NCBI GenBank assembly: GCA_963674785.1
Contig: OY771555.1
Coordinates: forward strand, 1,152,001 to 1,216,000
Length of the DNA stretch: 64,000 bases
From: Caldisericia bacterium
Lineage (GTDB): Bacteria > Caldisericota > Caldisericia > JAAYUI01
Direction of reading: 5' to 3'
The notes below the pieces were generated by a model. That model was not told the DNA's origin. It saw only the letters and a program-made list of their open reading frames with translations, and ran no database searches. Shown piece by piece: positions 1-10,988 of the stretch (position 1 is the stretch's first letter; every line of letters begins with the position of its first letter). A program made the translations under genes and the position numbers.

Positions 1-791
1 ATATTGATCCAGTTTGGCACATAAAAATGCAAGCGGCTTTCCAAAAATATGTTGATAATGCGGTTTCAAAAACGATCAACTTCCCAAACTCTGCAACAAA
101 GGATGATGTAAGGGGAGCTTATGAACTTGCGTATAAACTTGGTTGCAAAGGAATAACTATATACCGAGATGGTTCAAGGAATGAACAGGTCTTGCAGCTC
201 ACAAAAAAAGAAGAGCAACCAACCTCTGAAGAAAAACCAACAAAAAAACTACCTGTTGAACCGAGACATAGACCGACAGAAACAATTGGTTCTACATACA
301 GAATAAGAACGGGTTGCGGAAACCTTTTTGTAACGATTAATTCAGATGCTGAAGGTGTTTGTGAAGTTTTTGCAACAATGGGAAAATCTGGTGGATGTTC
401 AGCAGCACAATCAGATGGTATCGCCAGATTGATTTCACTAGCCCTCAGAGCAGGTGTCGACACTAAAGCAATTGTAAGCCAGATAAGGGGACTTAGATGC
501 CCAGCCCCAGCTTGGGGAGAACATGGTTCTGTCTTATCTTGTCCTGATGCAATAGCACAAGCATTGGAAGGACATATCAGGAAAGTAGCAGGAAAAAGCA
601 TTGATTTAGACGCAATTCATGAAGAACCACAAAAAAAAAGTCATGATCCGGTCAATGTAGTGGATGAATCCGATGCCCCTACTGATAATGTTTTCGGTCA
701 TAATCCACAGTGTCCTGATTGCGGTTCGATGCTTGAATTTGCAGAGGGATGTGTTATCTGCAGGTCATGTGGTTATTCCAAATGCGGTTGA
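1..791 (+). CDS. nrdJ: Adenosylcobalamin-dependent (class II) ribonucleotide reductase, C-terminal part with TSCPD domain and terminal Zn ribbon (5'-truncated by window)
   Basis: Frame open from base 3 (IDPVWHIKMQAAFQKYVDNAVSKTIN); GCKGITIYRDGSR motif; SCPDAI (TSCPD); CPDC...EGCVICRSCGYSKCG end. Confidence 0.93.
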   Translation, partial: IDPVWHIKMQAAFQKYVDNAVSKTINFPNSATKDDVRGAYELAYKLGCKGITIYRDGSRNEQVLQLTKKEEQPTSEEKPTKKLPVEPRHRPTETIGSTYRIRTGCGNLFVTINSDAEGVCEVFATMGKSGGCSAAQSDGIARLISLALRAGVDTKAIVSQIRGLRCPAPAWGEHGSVLSCPDAIAQALEGHIRKVAGKSIDLDAIHEEPQKKSHDPVNVVDESDAPTDNVFGHNPQCPDCGSMLEFAEGCVICRSCGYSKCG

Positions 792-945
792 TTTGCAAAA
801 AGATTTCTTTGAAAGTTAACTTTCTATGAAACAGTAATACTTGGAATTTAATAGAATTTATCTGTGCTAGAAGTTAGTCTTATAGGTGAAGAAGTATCTA
901 GTTTTTACAGTGAAAGTGCTCTATAATGAATAGAGGAGGCAATGA

Positions 946-3900
946 ATGAGAAAGTATGTAGTTTTATTTTGTGTCCTGGCTTTGATTATGTTGGGAATGC
1001 CAATGTCGGGAACTGATGCTATGGCAAAACTTGATCCTGCACTTGTAGATTTTTCAGGTCTTGATCCAATTCATCAGGATAGCGATATGATTCCAGTCAT
1101 AATAAGGCTTCAAGGAAATGGCGTTATCACTGAGATGACAATGGATGGCAAGTTTTTTACAAATACAAACGAACTTAATGGTTCATCTAATCTGACCAGA
1201 GTTGCTTCACTCTCAAAAGTTCTTACAGAGCAGGGATATGCAATAAGCAATATAAGCAATCTTATCGATGGAATCGAGATTATTAATTCTTATCAATTGA
1301 CAACTAATGCAATTAGAGCTTTAGTTCCACGTTCAAAAATTATGGATCTTGCTGAGATGGATTTTGTGAAAAACGTTTGGTACGAAGCACCACAAGAACT
1401 TCACAGATGGCATAGCAGAACACCAATGAATTGCTGGCCCGTATATAACCAAGAAACAGATCTTGATGGTGATGTTTGTCTTGACCCAAAAGGAAGACCA
1501 ATCGATGGAACGGGAATAGTCTGTTCTGTTACAGATACGGGTCTTGATTACACACACGTAGACTTTGGAAAACAGTCAAAACCTGAAGGTGCCAAAGTTG
1601 TTATTTCGCATGATTTTGCTGATACCGATGAAGATTGCCAAGAAGAAGAGGGGCAGACTCATGGTACTTGCTGTGCTGGAATTATTGCAGGTGATGGTCC
1701 AGACGAGCAAGAAAAAGGTATTGCTCCGAAGGCAAAACTTGCTGGGTATAAGATAGCAAACTCACGCGGGTATCTCGTTGGTGATATCGGTGCAACTTGG
1801 GAGATGATGGTCAAAGAAGGAATAGATGTTTCAAATAATTCTTGGGGAAGACCTGGTGGATGGTCATCGTTCCATGAGCAGGAAAACAATGCTGTTCTTG
1901 CTGGCGTTAGTGTTATTGCCTCACAGGGAAACAATGGACCTCCTGGACCAAGCTTGCCGGTCCCTTGTGGTTCAACTTCTTCACCAGAAAATGTCATCGG
2001 AGTAGGTGCAACTTTAGATTACGCCTATTTCTCAAAATCTATCATCACCGATGCTCCAGATATTGATGACATTGGAAAAGAATATAAAGGTATTTGGGGT
2101 GTTACAACCCACGACTTCACAGATTATGGAAGACCAATTCAAGTTTTAGATTGTGGATGGGGCAGAGAAGGTGATTTTGCAGGTCTTGATCTGAATGGTA
2201 AAATCGCTCTTATCCAGAGAGGTCCTAAAACAGAAGATCAAGATAAATATGGTCCTGCATTGAACTTCTCAACGAAAGTTGCACGCGCAAAACAAAATGG
2301 CGCGATTGCCATAATGCTTTATAATCACTCCGCAGGGTTTATTCAGTCTTTCTATCTGAATGTCCCTTCAGATCAGCTCGTTCCTTCTTTTGAGATGCTA
2401 AATTCCCAGGGGCTTGAATTTGTTGAGATGCTACATGCCGGAAATGATTGGGATTTGGGAAATGTCGACAGAAATCAGAATGATGTTTTTGTAAAATTTA
2501 CAGAACCACAGGGTTATGGAAATATAACAGGATTCACATCCTCTGGCCCAACTCAATATGGAAGTTTAAAACCCGATGTTTGTGCGCCTGGAGAAAAAAT
2601 CAGAACAGCTGCAGCAACCTGGTCAATTGGTAAGACGCTTTATGGTGAGAAAATGGGTAATCCACCATATACGAATGTTTTTAATGGTACATCTGCTGCT
2701 GGTCCGTTTGTCTGTGGAGCCGCTTGTCTTGTGAGACAGGCAAGACCAGAGTGGGGACCTTTGGAAGTAAAAAGATCACTCATGAATACTGCAAATCTTC
2801 TTAGAAGATACAAAGATGATAACTATGTACCATTCCTTTCTCAGGGAATGGGAAGAGTGGATGGTTTCAATGCTTGTATGACAGACATTCTTATTCAGCC
2901 ACCATCAGCCCTCATTGTTGTGGAAAGTGAATATGTAAAAATAGACGATCCACCAGAAGAATGGGAAGATAGAAACAAAAAGGCGAAACTCCCTGCTGAC
3001 ATTAAGAGATCCCTTATTGCCTTTAAGGTATACAATTACAGTTCCGAAAACACTCATAATCTTGAGATGAGCTACGAGGTTAACTCAAGACAGGCTGACG
3101 AGATAAAGGTTAATTTCACAACCGACACCGTAACCATCGAAGATGGATCTGGTGATCAGCCCAGTTCTTCATGGGTAGGACTAGATATTGAATGGCCGGT
3201 CAAACTTACTGGTGGAACAAATGATATTGTTATTTGGTTCACTGACAAAAAAACTGGTCAGAAATGGCATACTGGAATCACCCTTTTCAATAACAACCCA
3301 ACAGTTCAGGGTGCAAGATACTCTTACGCAAGTTTTCTTGAGTACACAAATCATGGGCTTCCTCCAACATCAACACCAAATGGTGATGGGATTACCGATG
3401 GTTTGGATGTGAACTACACTTTGACAAATGGATCTTATAGTAGTTATTCAGGCGAGTATGATAACTATGCGGATGGTGTATCATTTATGGTCAAAGATTA
3501 TAATGAAAAAACCTGGCAAATTATTCATTCTGAATCAATTCTAGAGCTTGGTGAACATGAATTTTCTTGGGATGGTTTAGATGGTGCCGGAGAGTATTTG
3601 TTACCAGATGGAGAATGGTATCTTGGTATGCGGATTATGAACAAGACAGTTGATTGGAGTATTCCAGCGTATGTTTCTGTTCCTTATGAGTTGACATACT
3701 TCAAGTGGCCATTCCAAGTTGATGATAGTGTTGTGCCTCCGTTGCCTCTTGTTTCAGCTTATCCGATCCCGTCAACACCGGGAAAAGGAAGTGAGTTTGA
3801 GCTTGGAATATATATCCAGTACGCAACAAACATTAAGAGTATCCAATTTGACATAATATTGCCTGGACTTTCTGATATTGCCAAGTACATGGGAAACAGA

Positions 3901-4383
3901 AAAGGCGATTTCATGTTTAGGGATGCTTCGTATACGGCCAACGATGCTGGAAATACAGCTTTTAATTACTATAGTGTTGAACAAATGGGTGAAGACAAAT
4001 TTAGAGTTGACATACAAAGACCACTTGATGGAGTGTCAGGTGAAGGTTGGCTTACATACCTTAAGCTTCTCCCTATCGCATCAAATTATCTTGACGTAAC
4101 ATTTGATAATCTCAATATCTCCTATATCAACGAAGAAACTATGGCTGAGGAATACAAGTTTGCATTCTATAAGACTTCCTCAATCACAATTGATAAAGAG
4201 TACTATGATCCAGAGGACTTCAACCACGACGGAAATATCGATGAAGATGATCTTGATATTCTGACTGCTGCCCTTGGAAGCACTAGAGGTGAGAGCAGAT
4301 ATACATGGAGATGTGATCTTGATTACAATGGTATCATTGATATGAATGACATGGTAATCTTTGCTCAGGCATACGAAGACTAG
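946..4383 (+). CDS. Secreted S8 (Vpr-like) subtilase with PA insert, FlgD-like Ig region, cohesin-like domain and C-terminal dockerin
   Basis: Signal peptide; triad motifs DTG, HGTCCAG, GTSAAGP; PA motif GKIALIQRG; FSWDG; twin Ca loops DFNHDGNIDEDD and DLDYNGIIDMND; RBS GAGGAGG. Confidence 0.88.
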   Translation: MRKYVVLFCVLALIMLGMPMSGTDAMAKLDPALVDFSGLDPIHQDSDMIPVIIRLQGNGVITEMTMDGKFFTNTNELNGSSNLTRVASLSKVLTEQGYAISNISNLIDGIEIINSYQLTTNAIRALVPRSKIMDLAEMDFVKNVWYEAPQELHRWHSRTPMNCWPVYNQETDLDGDVCLDPKGRPIDGTGIVCSVTDTGLDYTHVDFGKQSKPEGAKVVISHDFADTDEDCQEEEGQTHGTCCAGIIAGDGPDEQEKGIAPKAKLAGYKIANSRGYLVGDIGATWEMMVKEGIDVSNNSWGRPGGWSSFHEQENNAVLAGVSVIASQGNNGPPGPSLPVPCGSTSSPENVIGVGATLDYAYFSKSIITDAPDIDDIGKEYKGIWGVTTHDFTDYGRPIQVLDCGWGREGDFAGLDLNGKIALIQRGPKTEDQDKYGPALNFSTKVARAKQNGAIAIMLYNHSAGFIQSFYLNVPSDQLVPSFEMLNSQGLEFVEMLHAGNDWDLGNVDRNQNDVFVKFTEPQGYGNITGFTSSGPTQYGSLKPDVCAPGEKIRTAAATWSIGKTLYGEKMGNPPYTNVFNGTSAAGPFVCGAACLVRQARPEWGPLEVKRSLMNTANLLRRYKDDNYVPFLSQGMGRVDGFNACMTDILIQPPSALIVVESEYVKIDDPPEEWEDRNKKAKLPADIKRSLIAFKVYNYSSENTHNLEMSYEVNSRQADEIKVNFTTDTVTIEDGSGDQPSSSWVGLDIEWPVKLTGGTNDIVIWFTDKKTGQKWHTGITLFNNNPTVQGARYSYASFLEYTNHGLPPTSTPNGDGITDGLDVNYTLTNGSYSSYSGEYDNYADGVSFMVKDYNEKTWQIIHSESILELGEHEFSWDGLDGAGEYLLPDGEWYLGMRIMNKTVDWSIPAYVSVPYELTYFKWPFQVDDSVVPPLPLVSAYPIPSTPGKGSEFELGIYIQYATNIKSIQFDIILPGLSDIAKYMGNRKGDFMFRDASYTANDAGNTAFNYYSVEQMGEDKFRVDIQRPLDGVSGEGWLTYLKLLPIASNYLDVTFDNLNISYINEETMAEEYKFAFYKTSSITIDKEYYDPEDFNHDGNIDEDDLDILTAALGSTRGESRYTWRCDLDYNGIIDMNDMVIFAQAYED

Positions 4384-4407
4384 AATTTTTACCAAAATAA
4401 GATTTTC

Positions 4408-4440
4408 AAAAAGGGTGAGTTTTTTGACTCACCCTTTTTT
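4408..4440 (+). terminator. Intrinsic terminator after S8 protease
   Basis: AAAAAGGGTGAGT-loop-ACTCACCCTTTTTT. Confidence 0.85.
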
Positions 4441-4467
4441 CATTGTTATGCTGTTTTTTGAAGGATT

Positions 4468-5433
4468 ATGAAAAAAAGAGAATTCGAACAGATTGGTATT
4501 AGTTATATTCGGAAAAACAAACTTCTTGAGAGAGGAGATTCAGTTTTGGTCGGATGCTCTGGAGGGGCTGATTCAATCTGCTTAGCTATTTTTTTAAAAA
4601 GAGTCTGTGCGTTGTTTTCATGTAAAATTAGTTTGGCTCATATTAACCATAATTTGAGGGAGGGAAGCAAAAATGATGAGGATTTTGTCCGAGATTTTGC
4701 AACTGAAAACTCTCTTGACTTACATGTTGTATCTTTAAAAATCGGTAATCACAAGGGCACACTTGAGGAAAAAGCTAGAAACATAAGGCATGCTGCCTTG
4801 CGTAAAATTGCAAAAAAATCCGGAGCAAATAAAGTTGCCTTGGGACACACATCAAGTGATCGAGCAGAAACAGTGATACATAATTTGGCAAGAGGCTCTG
4901 GTTTGTTTGGTGTAGGAACAATGAAGCCTGTGAATGGAAGCATAATCAGACCGATTTTATTTTCTACAAGAGATGAAGTTTTAGATTATCTTTTTTACAA
5001 TAATCAATCCTTTATCGAAGACGAGTCAAATCTTGATCTGAATTTTTCAAGAAACAGAATCAGACATAATGTTATTCCCGAACTAAAACAGATTTTTTCT
5101 GGAACAGAGAAATCTATATCGAGGTTTGCAAGTATTTCTGCGACCGAATCCGAATATTTAAACAAAATTGCTAAACAGCTGTATGAAAGATGTGTCAAAG
5201 AAGAATGTGGAAAATATATTATCGACATCGAAGAAATTGGAAAAATCGATCTGGTGATAAGAAGAAGAATTTTAAGGATGACAATGATGAATGGTCTTGT
5301 TCCACCGACACTCGAAGTTGTTGATAAGGTGATTGCTGTTCTTGAATCAAATAGCAAAAGGAATGAGACCTTCGGTAGTTTTTCCTTGAAAAAGGATAAA
5401 AAAACACTGATAATTTCGACCTTGAGGGATTAG
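4468..5433 (+). CDS. tilS: tRNA(Ile)-lysidine synthetase
   Basis: SGGADS PP-loop, HINHNLR, IIRP, DESN...RNRIRH; tilS-hpt-ftsH synteny. Confidence 0.96.
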   Translation: MKKREFEQIGISYIRKNKLLERGDSVLVGCSGGADSICLAIFLKRVCALFSCKISLAHINHNLREGSKNDEDFVRDFATENSLDLHVVSLKIGNHKGTLEEKARNIRHAALRKIAKKSGANKVALGHTSSDRAETVIHNLARGSGLFGVGTMKPVNGSIIRPILFSTRDEVLDYLFYNNQSFIEDESNLDLNFSRNRIRHNVIPELKQIFSGTEKSISRFASISATESEYLNKIAKQLYERCVKEECGKYIIDIEEIGKIDLVIRRRILRMTMMNGLVPPTLEVVDKVIAVLESNSKRNETFGSFSLKKDKKTLIISTLRD

Positions 5434-5447
5434 GGCTAGTATTTATA

Positions 5448-5990
5448 ATGAAGACAATGGATTATGAACTTGGAGACATCCTTATTTCAAAGGATGCAAT
5501 AAAAAAGAGAGTCTCTGAACTTGCATGTGAAATTATCGACACTATGCGCGAACCATTTGTTTTTTTATCGATTTTAAATGGCTCATTTATCTTTACAGCA
5601 GATTTAATAAGAGAATTCCCACTTTCACCTGAAGTTCAGTTTTTGAAGGCAAGTTCATATGGATCAGGAACTGTCAGTAGCGGGAGAATAAATATATATG
5701 GGAAAGAAGAAATAAAAATAAAAGACAAAAATGTGATTTTGGTGGAGGATATTGTCGATACTGGGCTCACAATCACAGAGCTTGTGAGAAATCTCGATGC
5801 TTTTGAGCCAAAAACCATAAAAGCTGTAACATTGCTTGATAAGCCTGATCGAAGAAAATATGAGTTTAATCCAGATTTCGTCGGTTTTAGAATACCCGAT
5901 TTTTTTGTTGTTGGGTATGGGCTGGATTATAATCAAAAATATCGGGGGCTTCCCGATATTTGGAATATGGAATTAAGTGAGGAAAAATGA
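5448..5990 (+). CDS. hpt: Hypoxanthine phosphoribosyltransferase
   Basis: ASSYG loop, VILVEDIVDTGLT, FVVGYGLDY. Confidence 0.96.
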   Translation: MKTMDYELGDILISKDAIKKRVSELACEIIDTMREPFVFLSILNGSFIFTADLIREFPLSPEVQFLKASSYGSGTVSSGRINIYGKEEIKIKDKNVILVEDIVDTGLTITELVRNLDAFEPKTIKAVTLLDKPDRRKYEFNPDFVGFRIPDFFVVGYGLDYNQKYRGLPDIWNMELSEEK

Positions 5991-7804
5991 AACCTAAATC
6001 TTCTGGAAACTACAGATCCTTCTTACCGATATTGGTAATCGTTATTGTTGGATTAATACTATATTTTACTTTTGCCGGCGAGCTTGGCAAACAAGGTGTT
6101 GAGACCCTTACATATGATCAATTTGTACAGGCAGTTGAAAATGATTATATCCTTGAGGTAACAATATCACCTATAACATACGAAGCAAAAGGTTTGATGA
6201 TAAAAGGTGGTGACAACGTTAACTTTGTTACCTCTGTTCCACCTGAGCTTGTTAAGGATATCACCGATTTGTTGCTTGAGAGAGAATCAATCGAAGTTAC
6301 ATTCGATGCGCCATCTGAAAACATATTTCTTGTTATCATTACAAATCTTGCACCATTTCTGCTAATCATATTCTTCTGGTTATTCATGATGAGAAGCATG
6401 CAGGGCGGCGGCGGTCAGGTCATGAATTTTGGAAAATCCAAAGCAAAGCTCTTCCTGGATGATAGACCAAGGATTTCCTTTAAAGATGTTGCTGGAGTTG
6501 AGGAAATAAAAGAAGAGCTTCAGGAGGTTATCGACTTCCTGAAAAAACCAAAGAAATTTAGAGCAATGGGTGCAAAAGTCCCGCGCGGAGTTCTTCTTGT
6601 TGGTCCTCCTGGCTGTGGAAAAACATATATCTCAAGGGCGGTTGCAGGTGAAGCAAAAGTCCCATTTTTTTCGGTTTCTGGTTCTGAGTTTGTTGAGATG
6701 TTTGTTGGTGTAGGTGCATCAAGAGTGCGAGATATGTTCAATCAGGCAAAAAAATATGCTCCAGCACTTATATTCATTGATGAAATAGATGCTGTTGGAA
6801 GACAGCGTGGTGCTGGTCTTGGTGGCGGACATGATGAAAGAGAACAGACATTAAACCAGCTTCTTGTTGAGATGGATGGGTTCGATCCAAACATCGGTGT
6901 TATTATTATCGCTGCCACAAACAGACCAGATATACTTGATTCAGCACTCCTTCGCCCTGGAAGATTTGACAGAAGAGTTACGGTTGATATGCCAACGCAG
7001 ATCGAGCGTGAAGCAATTCTAAGATACCACGGTCGAAATAAACCAATCGACAAAGAAATAGACGTAAAACAGGTTGCAGGAAGAACTGCAGGTTTTACGG
7101 GTGCAGACCTTGAAAATCTTCTTAACGAAGCTGCAATTATAGCAACACGCAGAGAAAAAAAATTCATTGAAAAAGATGACCTTGAAGAAGCTATCGACAG
7201 GGTTCTTGCTGGACCTCAGAAAAGATCAAGAGTTTTGGCGGCAGATGAGAAGAAAAAAGTTGCCTATCATGAAAGCGGACACGCCCTTGTAATGCACTAC
7301 CTTGGTCCAGAGCCAGTTCACAGGATTTCCATTGTTTCAAGAGGTCAGGCACTTGGATATACAAGTCCGCTCCCTACTGAGGATAAGTACCTTAGAGCAG
7401 AAAGTGAATTGAGAAACACAATTGCTGGGCTTCTTGGTGGAACCGTCGCCGAAAGGCTTGTTTATGGTGAGGTTTCGACTGGAGCATCAAACGACATAAG
7501 CAGGGCAACCGAGATTGCAAAAAAAATGGTTCGAGAACTCGGAATGTCAAAAATGGGACCAATTGCTTATGGTGCCGCATCTACCCAGGTATTTTTGGGC
7601 AGGGATATGTCAGCAACACCTGATTATTCAGATGAAACAGGAAAACTGATTGATTCTGAAATTCAGGCAATTGTCCTCTCATCAATGAAGCTTGCAGAAG
7701 ATGTATTATCAAAACATCGAGACAAACTGGATAGGCTTGTTGAGGTGTTGATGGATGTTGAAACCATTGATGACATAGAGTTAAAGAGAGTATTAGAAGG
7801 CTAG
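5987..7804 (+). CDS. ftsH: ATP-dependent zinc metalloprotease FtsH
   Basis: Two TM helices, [32 protein letters not shown]. Confidence 0.98.
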   Translation: MKPKSSGNYRSFLPILVIVIVGLILYFTFAGELGKQGVETLTYDQFVQAVENDYILEVTISPITYEAKGLMIKGGDNVNFVTSVPPELVKDITDLLLERESIEVTFDAPSENIFLVIITNLAPFLLIIFFWLFMMRSMQGGGGQVMNFGKSKAKLFLDDRPRISFKDVAGVEEIKEELQEVIDFLKKPKKFRAMGAKVPRGVLLVGPPGCGKTYISRAVAGEAKVPFFSVSGSEFVEMFVGVGASRVRDMFNQAKKYAPALIFIDEIDAVGRQRGAGLGGGHDEREQTLNQLLVEMDGFDPNIGVIIIAATNRPDILDSALLRPGRFDRRVTVDMPTQIEREAILRYHGRNKPIDKEIDVKQVAGRTAGFTGADLENLLNEAAIIATRREKKFIEKDDLEEAIDRVLAGPQKRSRVLAADEKKKVAYHESGHALVMHYLGPEPVHRISIVSRGQALGYTSPLPTEDKYLRAESELRNTIAGLLGGTVAERLVYGEVSTGASNDISRATEIAKKMVRELGMSKMGPIAYGAASTQVFLGRDMSATPDYSDETGKLIDSEIQAIVLSSMKLAEDVLSKHRDKLDRLVEVLMDVETIDDIELKRVLEG

Positions 7805-7812
7805 CTGTTAAT

Positions 7813-8607
7813 ATGAGTTGGTTTTACTGGGATACTGGGGTCAATGATGGTGTTACAAATATGTCAATTGATGAGGCTACACTTGAGTATGCCCCTTCTG
7901 GCTCAGTTGTTTTAAGAACATATACTTGGGATCCTGGATGTCTATCACTTGGTTGTTTCCAAAAATATTCAGATATTAACCTAGAGAAACTTTCTTCGTA
8001 TGGTTTTGATGCGGTAAGACGAGCAACCGGAGGTCGTGCAGTCCTTCATCATAAAGAATTGACATATTCTATTGTCATCACTTATCCTCACGAAATGCTG
8101 ACTAAGTCAATACTTGAATCGTATTATGATATGTGCAGGGCAATTGTAGATATGCTGAAAGATGTTGGTTTAGATGCAATTTTGAAGAGAAGTGACGATA
8201 ACTCTTTGTCTACGGCATCATGCTTTACTGCTCCAACATTTGGTGACATTGAGGTTTCTGGGAAAAAGATAGTTGGATCAGCTCAAATGAGAACTGATAG
8301 AGGGCTTCTTCAGCATGGCTCTATTATCAATTCGCTTGATCGATCTGCATTGTTTGATATTTTGACTGACTCACAAGAAAAGTCTGAGAAACTCAATAGG
8401 CTTTCAAGAAACAAGATGACTTCAATTGAGGATGAGCTTGGAAGACCAGAAGAGATTAATGTTCTAAGCTCAAAGTTGTTGAATAGTTTCAAAAAGGTCT
8501 ATAATATTGAGGCAAGAAAATATGAACCATCGGGAGAGTTTTGGAATACTGTAGAAGAGTTAAAACTCAACAAATATGGTTCAAAAGAGTGGACTGAAAA
8601 GAGGTAG
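7813..8607 (+). CDS. Lipoate-protein ligase family, LipM-like octanoyltransferase
   Basis: RRATGGRAVLH, KKIVGSAQMR, LQHGS; no LplA C-terminal domain. Confidence 0.85.
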   Translation: MSWFYWDTGVNDGVTNMSIDEATLEYAPSGSVVLRTYTWDPGCLSLGCFQKYSDINLEKLSSYGFDAVRRATGGRAVLHHKELTYSIVITYPHEMLTKSILESYYDMCRAIVDMLKDVGLDAILKRSDDNSLSTASCFTAPTFGDIEVSGKKIVGSAQMRTDRGLLQHGSIINSLDRSALFDILTDSQEKSEKLNRLSRNKMTSIEDELGRPEEINVLSSKLLNSFKKVYNIEARKYEPSGEFWNTVEELKLNKYGSKEWTEKR

Positions 8608-8610
8608 GAA

Positions 8611-10866
8611 ATGAATAAGAGAATTACGATCCTCCTGGTAGTGTTTTTGCTCGCGTCTATCGTTTTACCTGTTACTGCGTCAAACAATTACTTGACAGAT
8701 TGGGTATGTTTCCAGCGAGATGAATATAGAAGAGGACAAACAGATAACAGACAATATATAACAGCAGCACAAGAAGTTCAGTGGACTGCTGATATTGGTG
8801 GAACTCCCGCAAGAACGATCATCGTTGGTAAAAATATCGCTGTTGTTGGGACAACAGATGGAAAAGTATCAGGTTTTAATCTTTCATCAGGTGAGAGACT
8901 TTGGACAAACGATCTGAAGATAAATATTGCATCAGACTTAGCACTTTCAAACGAATTTGTTTGTGTTCCACTTGAAGGTGGAAAGGTTGTAGGTCTCGAT
9001 CTGTACACCGGCGGAGTTTTCTGGGAGATGAATGATGATGATTCTAGCGTCATTTCTCCACTGCCAACCTATAGTCAGTTTTTCACAGTGACTGAAGATG
9101 GAACCGTCAGATCTCTTCAGTCTGCAGATGGTAAAAGCTACTGGAAACATAATCTTGAAACAAAGGTTGTTGCTCCACCATCAATGCTAACAAGCGGAAT
9201 CACAAATGTTAGCCAGATGGTTATTCCTGTTGAGGGAAACAAGATTTTGATTTTCAATTATCAAGAACAAACAATAGATTGGGAATATTCTCTTGATGGT
9301 CCAAGCTCTCATCCAGTGATTCCAACCGGCGAAAGTTTAATTGTGACCGAGGATTCAGGAAGAGTCTTTTGTCTGGATTCCAGATCAAAACAGTTGTACT
9401 GGAATCATCAAATTGATGAGAATATTACAATTGAATCTACCCCAACAATATTTAACTCGTATGGGTTTTATGCATGTGCATCAACCGACGGTAAGGTTTA
9501 CGCTTACAGAATTGGTGACGGTTACAAATTATGGTTCACCGACACAAAAAGTAGCATCACTCAGCCTTTGATTGGTGTCGGTCAATCAGTAATAGTCTGC
9601 ACTGATGATGGGCATATCAAAGGGTTCCATGCACAAGATGGGTCATTGGTATTTGATGTATCACTTGAAGAGAAGATATCAAGCGCACCGAGTTTTTCAT
9701 CAGGTGTGATTGTTGTTGCAACAGAATCTGGAAAGCTATATGGAATAAGTGCAGTTGGTGGTGGTTCAAAGTTAAGCCTCGATCCAGAAATTGTCGTTAT
9801 AAACCCAGGTGGAGAGGTAGACGTAAAGATTAAGCTTGATGGTAGCGAAGAGATAGCAGAAGAGAAATTTTATCTTACACCAAGAGGATTCCCTTGCAGA
9901 TGCAAAATTACAAGGGATATCAAACCAGATAATATCATTAAGGTTAACGAGGAAAAAACTCTCCATTTAACGGCTGATGATAAGGCTCCATCATATGCCT
10001 ATGATTACAATATCCTCTGCAAATCATATAACCCATCAATTCCTGAAATGGTTGTAAACGGGGTGATACTTGTTGCTACGGAATCTTCAATGATGAAGGT
10101 TTTCATGAACCCAACGGTTGAAGACAAGATGCACAAAGTCGGGGTTGAGTTTGAAGGAGCCAGCTTCCTCAAATCATTCTGCTCAGTTATTAGCTATGAT
10201 CCAGAAGTACTTGAGCCAGTGTCTGTAACAAAAACAATGCCACTTGCAAAAAACCTTTATTGGGATTTCGGAACCCCTGGAAAAGCAAGAGTTTTTGTCT
10301 CCTTTACAGAAAGTGAACCATACAATGGTGACGGATCCCCATTTGAGGTTATGTTTAAAGGTATAGCCACCGGAACTGATACCCTAAAAATGGATATTTT
10401 TGCCCGATCTAATTCCGGAACAATTATTCCTGCAAGATCAGTCGAAGCTGAGGTAAATGTTGAAAAATCTACAACAAAACATGTTGTCTCACTCCAGATA
10501 AATAATCCAGTTGCAAAAATTGATGATACTGAGGTTACACTTGATGTTGCTCCATACATCAAGGCAGGAAGAACAATGGTTCCACTTAGATTTGTTGGTG
10601 AGGCGATGGGTGCAGGTGTAGAATGGATAGATTCTGAAAGAGCTGTTGTGTACACAAACACACTCGAAACAGGAGCACGCTCAATCAAGGTTTGGATTGG
10701 AAAAACAACAGCTTTGGTTGATGGAGCTGAGATGGAAATGGATGCCGCACCAGAAATTAATAATGGTAGAACTTGTGTTGGTGTATCGTTTGTTTCAAAG
10801 AACTTTGGTGTTGAAACTGGCTGGGACGGAACAACAAAAACAGTAACTTTAAGTTACGAAAACTAG
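8611..10866 (+). CDS. Secreted PQQ-like beta-propeller protein with cohesin-like domain and C-terminal copper amine oxidase N-terminal (stalk) domain
   Basis: Signal peptide; repeated DG..Y/W blade motifs; SYDPEVLE...NGDG cohesin pattern; APYIKAGRTMVPLRFVGEAMG stalk motif. Confidence 0.82.
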   Translation: MNKRITILLVVFLLASIVLPVTASNNYLTDWVCFQRDEYRRGQTDNRQYITAAQEVQWTADIGGTPARTIIVGKNIAVVGTTDGKVSGFNLSSGERLWTNDLKINIASDLALSNEFVCVPLEGGKVVGLDLYTGGVFWEMNDDDSSVISPLPTYSQFFTVTEDGTVRSLQSADGKSYWKHNLETKVVAPPSMLTSGITNVSQMVIPVEGNKILIFNYQEQTIDWEYSLDGPSSHPVIPTGESLIVTEDSGRVFCLDSRSKQLYWNHQIDENITIESTPTIFNSYGFYACASTDGKVYAYRIGDGYKLWFTDTKSSITQPLIGVGQSVIVCTDDGHIKGFHAQDGSLVFDVSLEEKISSAPSFSSGVIVVATESGKLYGISAVGGGSKLSLDPEIVVINPGGEVDVKIKLDGSEEIAEEKFYLTPRGFPCRCKITRDIKPDNIIKVNEEKTLHLTADDKAPSYAYDYNILCKSYNPSIPEMVVNGVILVATESSMMKVFMNPTVEDKMHKVGVEFEGASFLKSFCSVISYDPEVLEPVSVTKTMPLAKNLYWDFGTPGKARVFVSFTESEPYNGDGSPFEVMFKGIATGTDTLKMDIFARSNSGTIIPARSVEAEVNVEKSTTKHVVSLQINNPVAKIDDTEVTLDVAPYIKAGRTMVPLRFVGEAMGAGVEWIDSERAVVYTNTLETGARSIKVWIGKTTALVDGAEMEMDAAPEINNGRTCVGVSFVSKNFGVETGWDGTTKTVTLSYEN

Positions 10867-10896
10867 TTTTATTATAAAACATTTCATAGGTAAATT

Positions 10897-10928
10897 AAAA
10901 TCCCCCTGAAAATCAGGGGGATTTTTTT
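10897..10928 (+). terminator. Intrinsic terminator
   Basis: AAAATCCCCCTGA-AAA-TCAGGGGGATTTTTTT. Confidence 0.85.
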
Positions 10929-10988
10929 ATTGAACCAAATCAATCTTTATTGAGTAGTTTGAAATAGATGAAAAGTGGAGGAGCTCAC

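Noticed and set aside
780-800. TGA after Cys-Gly at the end of nrdJ as possible selenocysteine
   Set aside because: SKCG-stop is a normal NrdJ terminus and no SECIS-like hairpin follows
811-824. Perfect palindrome GAAAGTTAACTTTC upstream of the S8 protease
   Set aside because: Single AT-rich occurrence with no second copy seen; could be an operator but is unsupported
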